The position numbers and the translations under genes were made by a program. Of a stretch of 64,000 nt of DNA, positions 9,509-20,094 are shown in pieces. This DNA comes from Candidatus Undinarchaeota archaeon (lineage in GTDB: Archaea; Undinarchaeota; Undinarchaeia; Undinarchaeales; UBA543): the NCBI GenBank assembly GCA_964567575.1, contig CAZMMZ010000007.1, forward strand, positions 2,090-66,089. Reading direction: 5' to 3'. The notes below the pieces were generated by a model. The model searched no databases. It saw nothing but the letters and a program-made list of their open reading frames with translations, and was not told the DNA's origin. Numbering within the stretch: the first letter of the stretch is position 1; every line of letters starts with the position of its first letter.

Positions 9509-10697
9509 ACCAATTTCTAATCAGGGCTTCGCGAGTAAAACGAGCGAATGCCCTCGGCCATCGTCCGCGGCCAGGCGGACTTCACGAGTTTCCAAATTTT
9601 ATGAGCGCTCAATTGAAGAGCGACTTGAATTTGTTAAAGAATTCGCAGATTTATCTGATGAAGAAATCAATTTATTGAAATCTAGCCCTGATCAGAACAC
9701 ATCTGACAAAATAATTGAGAATGTTATAGGGAATTATTCACTTCCAATTGGAATTGCAGTGAATTTCCAAATTAATGATAAAGATTATTTGATTCCAATG
9801 GTTTTAGAGGAGCCATCAGTTGTTGCAGCTGCTTCAAATGCTGCGAAACTCGCTCGAGAGTGTGGTGGGTTCACTACATCAGCTGATGATCCAGTGATGA
9901 TTGGGCAGATTCACGTTTTCGATAGCAAGCACCCAAATGTAGTGCAACACATTTTAGCAAAAAAAGAAGAGTTACTTTCTGTTGCAAATTCAAAAGATCC
10001 AATGATGATTGAACGCGGAGGTGGTGCAAAAGATTTGGATGTGAAAATTATTAATGATAATCATATTCGCATACATCTTTATGTTGATTGTCGCGATGCA
10101 ATGGGTGCAAATGCAGTAAATACCATGGTTGAAGCAATTGCGCCATTAATTACTGATGAAATCGGGGGGAAAGCAGTTCTTAAGATTATTTCTAATATGG
10201 CAGATCGTAGACTTGTACGTGCAGAATGCACATTCAGTAGAGATCTTCTTGGAGATGATACAATTGATCTTATTCACAAGGGTCAATTAGCTGCTGAAGC
10301 AGATTCTTATCGCGCAGCAACACATAACAAAGGAATTATGAATGCAATCTCAGCAATTTGCGTAGCAACTGGAAATGATTGGCGCGCAGTTGAGGCAGGG
10401 GCTCACGCTTTTGCCGGGCGCGGCGAAGGATATAATCCTCTTACAAAATATCAAATATTAAATCATGGTGATTTACTTGCAAGCATTGAGCTTCCACTTG
10501 CTGTTGCAACTGTTGGCGGCTCAACAAAACTTCCACAGGCGCGAGTGAATCAAAAAATTATTGGTGCGCAAACTTCACAAGAACTTGCTCAGGTAATGGC
10601 TGCAGCAGGATTGGCGCAAAACTTCGCAGCTCTGAAAGCAATTACAACAGAAGGAATACAGAAAGGGCATATGCGATTGCACGAGCGGAAAAACTAA
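9498..10697 (+). CDS. hmgA: HMG-CoA reductase, class II, with an unusual about 30-aa N-terminal leader encoded by a GC-rich repeat element
   Basis: ENVIGNYSLPIGIAVNF, LEEPSVVAAASNAAKLAR and DAMGANAVNTMVEAIAPLI are class II (P. mevalonii / S. aureus type) motifs. The only ATG/GTG/TTG upstream of the conserved FYERSIEERL region is ATG 9498, so the ORF reads through element copy C. Confidence 0.9.
   Translation: MNSEPISNQGFASKTSECPRPSSAARRTSRVSKFYERSIEERLEFVKEFADLSDEEINLLKSSPDQNTSDKIIENVIGNYSLPIGIAVNFQINDKDYLIPMVLEEPSVVAAASNAAKLARECGGFTTSADDPVMIGQIHVFDSKHPNVVQHILAKKEELLSVANSKDPMMIERGGGAKDLDVKIINDNHIRIHLYVDCRDAMGANAVNTMVEAIAPLITDEIGGKAVLKIISNMADRRLVRAECTFSRDLLGDDTIDLIHKGQLAAEADSYRAATHNKGIMNAISAICVATGNDWRAVEAGAHAFAGRGEGYNPLTKYQILNHGDLLASIELPLAVATVGGSTKLPQARVNQKIIGAQTSQELAQVMAAAGLAQNFAALKAITTEGIQKGHMRLHERKN
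9506..9580 (+). repeat. GC-rich two-hairpin element, copy C (inside the hmgA 5' end)
   Basis: TGAACCAATTTCTAATC / AGGGC-TTCGC..GCGAA-T-GCCCT / CGGCCATC / GTCCGC-GGCCAG-GCGGAC. The core is near-identical to copies A and B. Its first 3 nt are the DUF35 stop codon. Confidence 0.8.
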
Positions 10698-10731
10698 AAC
10701 TATTTATTCTCTTTAAACAAATCACTATCTA

Positions 10732-11211
10732 ATGTCAAAAGATAAAATAATTTGTGAAAAAAAGGGTATGTTTCTTAAATTAGCTAATTCTCCTTCTTCT
10801 TATTCACGAATCTCTGATTTTTCAAGAGAATACACGCAGCTCATACAAACAGCTCCGCATTTAAGAAATACGCAGGCAAGTCCTGTTGGCATTCAATGTT
10901 TTATTGAAAATAAAGAAAAAGAGATTCTTGCAGTTGCAGTGCTTGCAGTTGATAATGACGAGTGTGGGGTTGAAATATCTTATTTTTTTGTCAAATCCAA
11001 AGAAAGAAGAAAAGGTGTCGGCTACTTTTTCCTTGAGAATTTAGTAAAATACTGTCAACACCAATATTCAAAGTTAGCTGTAATTAGTATAACTGTTATT
11101 GAAGGTAGTGATTGGATAAAAGAAGGTGGTTCTATTCGTCTCTTTACTAAATTTGGTTTTCATCCTATTCTTACTATGCATAATTATTACGAGCTTGTTT
11201 TAAGAGATTAA
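10732..11211 (+). CDS. GNAT-family N-acetyltransferase
   Basis: 159 aa. The acetyl-CoA binding motif A-like segment ERRKGVGYFFLENLVKY follows a beta-strand (EISYFFVKSK). Confidence 0.6.
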   Translation: MSKDKIICEKKGMFLKLANSPSSYSRISDFSREYTQLIQTAPHLRNTQASPVGIQCFIENKEKEILAVAVLAVDNDECGVEISYFFVKSKERRKGVGYFFLENLVKYCQHQYSKLAVISITVIEGSDWIKEGGSIRLFTKFGFHPILTMHNYYELVLRD

Positions 11212-11261
11212 TTTTTAATATGAAATTGCATGAGCGCAAGAATTAGCCAAAAATATTAACA

Positions 11262-11368
11262 GTTATGCTGCGGCATAGTGGTGTGAGGTTAACCTCACAC
11301 TCTGAAAGGATTCAGAGGCCATCCGCCCTGCATTCGCTTCGCGAAGCAGGTCAATTGAAATTTGGTAA
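11262..11368 (-). ncRNA. Candidate structured RNA / divergent enlarged member (copy D) of the GC-rich hairpin family
   Basis: Minus-strand reading: TTACCAAATTTCAATTGA / CCTGC-TTCGC-GAA-GCGAA-T-GCAGG, then GCGG..CCGC enclosing two perfect hairpins (CTCTGA/TCAGAG; TGTGAGG-TTAA-CCTCACA). It shares the leader and the hairpin-1 architecture with copies A-C, with compensatory changes. It lies between convergent genes. The strand is inferred only from similarity to A-C. Confidence 0.45.
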
Positions 11369-11371
11369 TAG

Positions 11372-11830
11372 TTATTTGTAAATAAAATTCAATGTCTGAC
11401 TTGTTGATGCAGTTAATCCAGATGTTTCACCTGTGCAAGTTATATCATATCTCACGGTGTTTGGTTTCAAAGCTGCTTCATATTCTGTGTTAAAACTCAG
11501 AATCAAATAATTTTCCCCATTGTCTTGGCAAGTTATTGAACGCAGTTGCGCATTATTAATTCCAATTGATTTCTCTCCATAAAATTCTTCAATATCACAA
11601 TTAACACTCTCTTCTTGCAGTTTCATATACACACCAATAGAAATTCCAGAATATATTCCAGCAATGTTTTTAGTTAATTCAAATGAAGTTCCTGGAACCT
11701 TCTTGCAAAAAGCGCTATCAGTTGTCATATCGTTCTCGCTCGCATAATTCTTTAATACAAAAGTTTCTCCAAGACAACCACTGCTAAGTATAATAGCTAA
11801 CAATATCAAAGTGATAATTATTTTTTTCAT
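11372..11830 (-). CDS. Secreted/lipoprotein-like hypothetical protein
   Basis: 152 aa. N-terminal signal peptide ending in SSGC (lipobox-like). No recognised domain. Confidence 0.55.
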   Translation of the reverse strand: MKKIIITLILLAIILSSGCLGETFVLKNYASENDMTTDSAFCKKVPGTSFELTKNIAGIYSGISIGVYMKLQEESVNCDIEEFYGEKSIGINNAQLRSITCQDNGENYLILSFNTEYEAALKPNTVRYDITCTGETSGLTASTSQTLNFIYK

Positions 11831-11860
11831 AAAATCTATTTGGTTTGGTTAGTTAAATAT

Positions 11861-12730
11861 CTAACCAAGTAATGTGATTATAACAACCCCAGCTAACATC
11901 AAACCAGCGCCAATCAGATGCTCAGTAATATGATCTTCTTTGAAAATAAAATAAGCCAGAACAGTTGAGAGCAGGATACTTGTTCTTTTAACAGAAATCA
12001 TGTATGCAGCATCAACCATACTAATTGCTGTGAAATGCAAAACTGCAGTTAAAGCAAGCAGCACGCCCATAATAACCAATAGTCCTGGCTTTTTGAAAAG
12101 TTTTTTTATATTACTGGATTTTTTTATTGCAATCGGGAACATCAGTAATGCAAGGAGCGGAATATAAAAACCTGCAAAGAATAATGGGCTTGATGCTACT
12201 ACAGCTTTTTTCCCAAGAACCGATGTTATTGAAAAAATCACAGCTACCCCTAAAAGATACACTGATCCAATTTCATCTTTAATTGCTTTGAATGGGGCAA
12301 GAATTCCTTTCCGCCAGTTTTTGATATTAAGAATGTATGTCCCCAAAACAATAAGCAGAATCCCGCTTATCCCATACAACGTAAGGGTTTCTCCAAGAAT
12401 AACAAATCCAGTAAGAATCATGAAAGCCGGAGTGAACGCGAGAAACGGCACAGTCAAAGCAATTGGGGATTTGGAAAGCCCTTTCATAAAAAGAATTGCT
12501 GCAAGAATTTCAAGTGGAGTAAGAATAATTAACGAACTCCAAAAACCTGGTCCAAATTTTGGAATTCCTGAAATCAAAAGTATTGGCAAAAGCAAAGGTG
12601 CTGCAAAAAGCATTCTGCCCAGAACAACAATATATGGGTCATCTTCTTTTAGAACATGCTTTGCTATAATATCCATAATCCCAATGCAAATCGCACTTCC
12701 AAGTGAAAGCAAGAACCAAAGCGGTATCAT
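11861..12730 (-). CDS. EamA/DMT-family transporter
   Basis: 289 aa, about 10 TM segments arranged as two EamA-like halves. Confidence 0.7.
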   Translation of the reverse strand: MIPLWFLLSLGSAICIGIMDIIAKHVLKEDDPYIVVLGRMLFAAPLLLPILLISGIPKFGPGFWSSLIILTPLEILAAILFMKGLSKSPIALTVPFLAFTPAFMILTGFVILGETLTLYGISGILLIVLGTYILNIKNWRKGILAPFKAIKDEIGSVYLLGVAVIFSITSVLGKKAVVASSPLFFAGFYIPLLALLMFPIAIKKSSNIKKLFKKPGLLVIMGVLLALTAVLHFTAISMVDAAYMISVKRTSILLSTVLAYFIFKEDHITEHLIGAGLMLAGVVIITLLG

Positions 12731-13238
12731 AACAAACCACCTTTCAATAGCAGTATCAGTGTCATAGCAAATACAAACACATCAAAAAGCAATTCATCAA
12801 TATATACAGGATAAAGTAATTTCCGCACTTCGAAAGTGAATGGTGGCAAATTTCCATAGAATTTCAATTTTGTTAAGTTGTCAGAAAGTATGTGACTGTA
12901 ATAACCAGCATAAGCAATTGCTGCAATATCCACGCGCCACCAGAAAAGCGGAGCGAAAAGAACTGAAATTATTATAATACCTGGCCAATAATGCACAAAC
13001 CGACTTTTGTAATGCGGATCTTCTTTGTGATCTTTGTAATGATCATTAAAACACCGCTTCCACATATTTGTAACATGCAAATCTTTTGTTTTGAAAATGT
13101 GGCAAGCAAAGTGGTCAAGATCAATAAGCACCGCCAGTACGCCAGCAGCAAGAACATGCAATAGTGTAATGTCTTGAACAAAAAGAGATACAACTGCTCC
13201 TGCTAAGAATCCAAACAGCAAATGAGATCTTGGCATCA

Positions 13239-13239
<1 letters not shown>
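12727..13239 (-). CDS. Membrane protein, possibly DUF457/YdjM-type metal-dependent hydrolase
   Basis: 170 aa, multi-TM, starts MMPRSHLLFGFLAG with later His-rich segments. The assignment is tentative. Confidence 0.45.
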
Positions 13240-14644
<1,405 letters not shown>

Positions 14645-14698
14645 TTAGAACTAGAAATAATAACAGATTTATGTTCCTTATATATTTTTGTTAAAAAT

Positions 14699-14941
14699 TT
14701 ATTTTGTGTAGTATCCAATCACAAGCGCCATAAGGCCAATGACTAAATACAATCCGCCTGAAATCATATCTTTTGCTATGAAACCGACATACGCCAAGGC
14801 AAAAGCACCAACTGCATAGATTACAAGAAAGCGAACATCAAAGGTCTTTTTCTTTTTTGAAGAGACCATGTAGAATTGTACTAACCATGCAATTGTTATG
14901 AATCCAAGTCCAAGAATTGGTAGTGCTGTCATATTAATCAA
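14699..14941 (-). CDS. Small membrane protein (3 TM), unknown function
   Basis: 80-aa hydrophobic ORF in its own intergenic slot. Confidence 0.45.
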   Translation of the reverse strand: MINMTALPILGLGFITIAWLVQFYMVSSKKKKTFDVRFLVIYAVGAFALAYVGFIAKDMISGGLYLVIGLMALVIGYYTK

Positions 14942-14970
14942 TTTTTATATGTTATTTAGAAGTTTTAAAC

Positions 14971-15774
14971 CTATCTTTCGTCAATAACTTTCTTCTTTCC
15001 GTCCTTGTCAATAATTACAAATCTAACAACATATTCCTTTTTTCCTTTCAACTTTTTGTATATATATTCTGCATGTGTTTTCCCAGTTATTACTACTGTC
15101 TTATTATCTAAAACTTTCATCAGGTTTTTGTAAATTGGATAATTGCGTTTTCTCGCAGATTTTGCAATAATCAAAAGCGTCTTTTTTCTATTTTCTAAAT
15201 CAGCCCTTATTCTTTTCTGCTTTCTGATCCTCCTCCATCTAAAAACACAATCTATAATGGTGATCTTTTTTTCTTTTTCAATTCTTTCTCGAAAGTAGTC
15301 ATCAATCTCAAAAAGAAAGCGAATGAATGAACCTGATGTATCAATAAATTCAAAATCCCTCACACGACAAAGGCCGACTATTTCTAAAATAATATAAGTT
15401 TTTTTGATAGCTAAACCTCGCTCTTCTCTTCCCTGTCTTATTCTTTGAACTACCCCAGCAACATACTCTCTTATCTTTTCTTTCTCTTCTTCTGTTACTT
15501 TTATAAAATATAATTTGTGATTTTTAAACTGTTCCAAATTTTTAACAATAGAGTTATCAAAATACTCTTTTAATTCCTTTTGAAGTTTGTCTGGGTTCCA
15601 CCCGGCTGTTTTAATACTTTCACATATCTTTATCCCATGTTCTGTTCTTGGCATTTCAAGACACACTTTTTTGCCATTAAATTCTTTTATTTCTGTAACA
15701 TAGTGATTACTAACTTTAGTAAAGTGTTCCCCTTTGGGATGACTCTCTCCAATCAACAATAAGTGCTTTTTCAT
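14971..15774 (-). CDS. Hypothetical protein (Lys/Arg-rich)
   Basis: 267-aa ORF. N-terminal LLLIGESH faintly resembles ChaN/Tiki-type GxxH motifs, but this is unsupported beyond that. Confidence 0.5.
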   Translation of the reverse strand: MKKHLLLIGESHPKGEHFTKVSNHYVTEIKEFNGKKVCLEMPRTEHGIKICESIKTAGWNPDKLQKELKEYFDNSIVKNLEQFKNHKLYFIKVTEEEKEKIREYVAGVVQRIRQGREERGLAIKKTYIILEIVGLCRVRDFEFIDTSGSFIRFLFEIDDYFRERIEKEKKITIIDCVFRWRRIRKQKRIRADLENRKKTLLIIAKSARKRNYPIYKNLMKVLDNKTVVITGKTHAEYIYKKLKGKKEYVVRFVIIDKDGKKKVIDER

Positions 15775-15831
15775 TACTAGAAATAATGTCGCCCTTTACC
15801 TTTAAATATTACTTATTCAGTATAAAGAGCC

Positions 15832-16716
15832 GTGGGAATTAAAGATTTTAAACTTACTAGGAAGAATCTTCGCAAGCTAATTGTTATTCCGCTCGCACTT
15901 TTAGCAATTGCCTTATTCTTTATTGGATCTTCATATGTTCAAGAAGGCCAATTCCTGAAACGAGGAATTGATTTGGAAGGTGGAGTTCAGATAACTGTGC
16001 ATCACTCCCAGAAAACCGATCTTGATTTAGTTAAATCAAAAATCTCAGAAGAACTCGGCACAACTGATCTTGATATTGTAACAACTACAAATCCAGCAAC
16101 GCGCCAGCAAGAAACAATTATAGTTTCTGTAGGTGGTGAGATTGCTGAAGAAAAAATCTCAACTGCAATTGAATCAGCACTTGGAATCACACTCTCTCCA
16201 CAAACATATTCAATCCGCGTACTCGGTCCTGCGCTTGCAAGCTCTTTCTGGAACCAAGCAAAATGGGCATTCATGTTCGCATTCCTTTTCATGGCTGGTG
16301 TTGTAGCATTCTACTTCCGCAAGCCACTTCCAACAGTTGCAATTCTTGTTTCAACAACTTACGACCTTTTGATAATCTTTGGATTCATGGCACTTACTGG
16401 CATGCATTTATCCCTTGCAACAATTGCAGCAGTTCTAATGATCATTGGTTACAGTGTTGACACAAACATCCTTCTTACTAATAAAATATTAAGAGAACGC
16501 GACGGCGATCTTTTCGAGCGCATTAACCGCGGTCTCAAAACTGGATTGACAATGAGTGCATCAACAATCTCTGTGCTTCTAGCACTATTCCTTGTTGGTG
16601 GAGCCTACTCAATTGTTCTAAGACAAATTTCAACAATCCTATTAGTAGGACTTCTAGCAGACATTCCTAACACATGGCTGCTCAACGCTAACATACTAAC
16701 ATGGCATCGAGAATAA
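15832..16716 (+). CDS. secF: Protein-export membrane protein SecF
   Basis: 294 aa, GTG start. GIDLEGGVQITV, and a C-terminal 6-TM RND-like domain (IGYSVDTNILL). Confidence 0.85.
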   Translation: MGIKDFKLTRKNLRKLIVIPLALLAIALFFIGSSYVQEGQFLKRGIDLEGGVQITVHHSQKTDLDLVKSKISEELGTTDLDIVTTTNPATRQQETIIVSVGGEIAEEKISTAIESALGITLSPQTYSIRVLGPALASSFWNQAKWAFMFAFLFMAGVVAFYFRKPLPTVAILVSTTYDLLIIFGFMALTGMHLSLATIAAVLMIIGYSVDTNILLTNKILRERDGDLFERINRGLKTGLTMSASTISVLLALFLVGGAYSIVLRQISTILLVGLLADIPNTWLLNANILTWHRE

Positions 16717-18281
16717 AACGCATCATAAAGCAACCAAGAGTAATGGTTCTTCTAATATTCCTAGTTATAGCTGTTTTAGCAATTCCAAGTTTCAAACCTG
16801 ACGGAGTTGCAGTAGCATATGTTGCACCAGATTCACAATTCTTTGAAACTCTTCAACCTGGTTCAATGATTAATTCAATCAACGGAGTTACTATAACAAC
16901 ACTTGATGAATATGCTGCAGAATTTTCAAAATTAAAAATCGGAGAAAATGTCACACTCGATATTGAAGGAATTCAATATAAAACCCCTGTTGAGCCAAAC
17001 CCACGCAATCAAGAGATGGGATATATTGGCATCAATGTAATGACAACAAAAAGCACAAAGCTTGAGCAAGGTCTTGACTTGCAAGGCGGTGCAAGAGTTG
17101 TGCTCCGACCCGTTCCTGCGAATGAATCAGCTATTGTTGATGACGAACTTATTGACACAACAACCAGTGTTCTTATGGCTCGTATGAATGCATACGGTTT
17201 GAAGAACGTTGTAATCAGAAAAATTCAGGATGTCAATGGACTCACATATGTTGAAGTTGAAATGGCAGGCGAAGGATCTGAAAATGTTGTTGATATTGTC
17301 AAAAGTGTTGGATTATTCGAACTCAAAGTTTTGAATGAAACCATAATCACTGGGGATTCCATTGTTCCTCCAATTGGAGAGCCACAACGAGATTCACGAT
17401 CAGGATTGTGGCAAATTGCATTTGCAATAAACAATGATGGTGCAAGAACACTTCGAGAATCTTATGTTGAAATGGCACCCCAAACTCCAACAGTTTGCAC
17501 AACCGATGAAGATTGCGAACCTTCATATGCATGCTCACGCGGTGCAGCAGCTGGATCATGTTTACCAAAAATTGAAATGTTCTTAGATGATGCTCTTCAA
17601 TATTCAGCTCCACCTGCACAAGCACTTTTCGAGACATGGAAATACGGAGAAGAGTCAAAGAACCTGCTTGTTCAAACAAATAAATTCGAAGATGCACAGA
17701 AAGTCAAGATTGTTTTAGAAGCTGGACGTTTACCAAAAGATGTAAAAGAACTCAGAGTATTTTCACAAGATTATGTTGATTCAAAACTCGGAGCAGGATT
17801 TGTTCGCGGTGCAATATACGCAGGACTTGCAGCAATTATTGCTGTCTTCCTTGTTGTTCTTATCCGTTACCGTAAAATGAAAGTTGTGCTTCCAATTATA
17901 TTTGTGGATGTTGCGGAATTAGTAATCATCATTGGATTCGCAGCAATGATTAAATGGTCAATTGATTTACCGGCAATTGCAGGAATGATTGCAGTTCTTG
18001 GAACAGCTGTCGATCAACAGATTGTCATTACTGATCAAATCCTGTCTGGCGAATATGAGCAGTCGTATAATCTAAAGAAGAGTGTTAAGACAGCTTTCAA
18101 AATCGTGATAATTGCAGCATCAACAACAATCGCAGCCATGATTCCTCTTGCATATCCTGGTTTCACCGGATTGTATGCGCTTCGAGGATTCGCAATTGTA
18201 ACAATTCTCGGTGTGCTTATTGGTCTTTTAATTACAAGACCTGCATTTGCGAGAATGATTGAGATTCTGCTAGGTGAGTAG
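16701..18281 (+). CDS. secD: Protein-export membrane protein SecD
   Basis: 526 aa. GLDLQGGARVVL, a large periplasmic-type domain, and a C-terminal TM bundle (LGTAVDQQIVITD). Overlaps secF by 16 nt. Confidence 0.85.
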   Translation: MASRIKRIIKQPRVMVLLIFLVIAVLAIPSFKPDGVAVAYVAPDSQFFETLQPGSMINSINGVTITTLDEYAAEFSKLKIGENVTLDIEGIQYKTPVEPNPRNQEMGYIGINVMTTKSTKLEQGLDLQGGARVVLRPVPANESAIVDDELIDTTTSVLMARMNAYGLKNVVIRKIQDVNGLTYVEVEMAGEGSENVVDIVKSVGLFELKVLNETIITGDSIVPPIGEPQRDSRSGLWQIAFAINNDGARTLRESYVEMAPQTPTVCTTDEDCEPSYACSRGAAAGSCLPKIEMFLDDALQYSAPPAQALFETWKYGEESKNLLVQTNKFEDAQKVKIVLEAGRLPKDVKELRVFSQDYVDSKLGAGFVRGAIYAGLAAIIAVFLVVLIRYRKMKVVLPIIFVDVAELVIIIGFAAMIKWSIDLPAIAGMIAVLGTAVDQQIVITDQILSGEYEQSYNLKKSVKTAFKIVIIAASTTIAAMIPLAYPGFTGLYALRGFAIVTILGVLIGLLITRPAFARMIEILLGE

Positions 18282-18852
18282 AATGACTAATTTAACAAAA
18301 ACTCAAGGCGATTTTCTTCTCAAATTAGCTCGCGATACTTTAACTGCGCATCTGTCTGGAAAGAAATCAGAAAAACTCAAAGAGCACGTTCCCCTTCTTG
18401 ATGAGAAGCGCGGAGTTTTTGTTACACTTCATACAAAAGACGGACATCTTCGCGGATGCATTGGCTACCCAGAACCAGTTGAGCCGCTTATCAAAGCAGT
18501 TTCAGAATGTGCAATTCACGCAGCAGCCAGTGATCCTCGATTTCCAAAAGTTACTGAACCTGAATTGAAAGATTTGAAAATTGAAATCACAGTTCTAACA
18601 GTTCCTGAATTCCTTGATGCAAAACATTATGCTCATTATAATTTTGATATTGTTCTTGGAGATGATGGATTGATTGTTGAGCAGGGGTCTCACAAGGGTC
18701 TCTTGCTTCCACAAGTTGCAACTGAATGGGGTTGGAACGAGAAACAATTCCTAGAACACACTTGCGAGAAAGCTGGATTACCAAAAGATGCTTGGAAAGA
18801 TGTTGAGAAGACTAAGATTTACAAATTCCAAGGACAGATTTTCAAAGAATGA
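18274..18852 (+). CDS. AMMECR1 domain protein
   Basis: 192 aa. LRGCIGYPEP and DPRFP motifs. Confidence 0.85.
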   Translation: MSRMTNLTKTQGDFLLKLARDTLTAHLSGKKSEKLKEHVPLLDEKRGVFVTLHTKDGHLRGCIGYPEPVEPLIKAVSECAIHAAASDPRFPKVTEPELKDLKIEITVLTVPEFLDAKHYAHYNFDIVLGDDGLIVEQGSHKGLLLPQVATEWGWNEKQFLEHTCEKAGLPKDAWKDVEKTKIYKFQGQIFKE

Positions 18853-18927
18853 GCTTTTTTTCATTATGCGTCGCCACAATAATAATCTATTTAACCTATG
18901 GCGCCACTTTTTATTTAGGGGAGATAA

Positions 18928-19854
18928 ATGGTTGATCAATTAGATCTTATTGCAGTTGGAAACATTTCTATCGATACTATTAAGATTGATAATATTGGTC
19001 AGAAAACTGTCCCTGGTGGTTCTGCAGCCGGAGTTTTAACAGCAGCTTCGTCTTTCGGTGTCAAAACTGGAGCAGTTTCAAGAATTGGAAATGATTACAA
19101 GAAGCGCTGGCTCATGGAATTGGATGAGCGCGGAATTGATTTGAGTGGTGTTTCCACTCAGAAAACATCGTGCCGGTTTGAATTGCAATATGACAAGGCA
19201 CATAATCTAAAACAATTCAGTGAAATTTTTACAGTTGATGATGCACTTGCAAAAAAAGATTTTCCCTCTCAATACAAAGGGGTTAAACACATTCACTTGT
19301 CTGCTGCACATCCTAGAAACCAAGTCAAATTCTTAAAATATCCAAATCCTGGATCAACTCTTTCTCTCACTCTCTGGCCAACATACGAATCTGAATATGA
19401 TCAAGAGTTCGCAAAGCTTCTCACAAAAGTCGATATCTTATTCTGCAATAACCACGAGGTCAAACTATTATCAAACAAAGAGAATGTCTACGATGGTGTC
19501 AAGGAAATCCATAAACTCGGTCCAAAAATCATTGTCTTGACAAAAGGAGCCAAAGGTTCAGCAGTTTATCATAAAGAGCGTTTCTATTTGTATCCAAGTC
19601 TTCGCACATCAAAGATTGATGCAACAGGATGTGGAGATGCTTTTGCTGGAGGATTCCTTGCAGAGTATTTAACAAATGGTGATCCAGAGAAAGCAGGATG
19701 GGCCGGCGCTGCTATGGCATCATTCACACTTTCAAAAATGGGATCGTGGTTCCCGCGCGAAATCACAAAGAAACAAATTGAAGAGCGAATCGAGCGTGCT
19801 AAAAAATATTCAGAGAAGAATGTAAAGAAAGGAACTCTTCTGGACTTTTTCTAA
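18928..19854 (+). CDS. PfkB-family carbohydrate/nucleoside kinase
   Basis: 308 aa. N-terminal GG (VPGGSAAG) and C-terminal DATGCGDAFAGGF signature. Confidence 0.8.
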   Translation: MVDQLDLIAVGNISIDTIKIDNIGQKTVPGGSAAGVLTAASSFGVKTGAVSRIGNDYKKRWLMELDERGIDLSGVSTQKTSCRFELQYDKAHNLKQFSEIFTVDDALAKKDFPSQYKGVKHIHLSAAHPRNQVKFLKYPNPGSTLSLTLWPTYESEYDQEFAKLLTKVDILFCNNHEVKLLSNKENVYDGVKEIHKLGPKIIVLTKGAKGSAVYHKERFYLYPSLRTSKIDATGCGDAFAGGFLAEYLTNGDPEKAGWAGAAMASFTLSKMGSWFPREITKKQIEERIERAKKYSEKNVKKGTLLDFF

Positions 19855-20081
19855 TGACAAAATTACTTGTTTTTACTGTTGGCATTCCATTGATTGTATT
19901 CGGTATTGTATATATTCTCTATCCTGAAAAAATGTTTAATTTTGATCGTGGAACTATTCATAAAAGAAATCGTGGAGAAACCCCTGAAATGGATTCAACA
20001 TGGATAGAAAATGCCAAAAAGAAAGGAATGATTTTTTCCGCTGTCGGCTTGTTGGTCTCTATATTTTTTTGGTTTTATTAA
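19854..20081 (+). CDS. Small 2-TM membrane protein
   Basis: 75-aa ORF. Its start abuts the pfkB-like stop. Confidence 0.4.
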   Translation: MTKLLVFTVGIPLIVFGIVYILYPEKMFNFDRGTIHKRNRGETPEMDSTWIENAKKKGMIFSAVGLLVSIFFWFY

Positions 20082-20094
20082 TAATAAATTTCTT

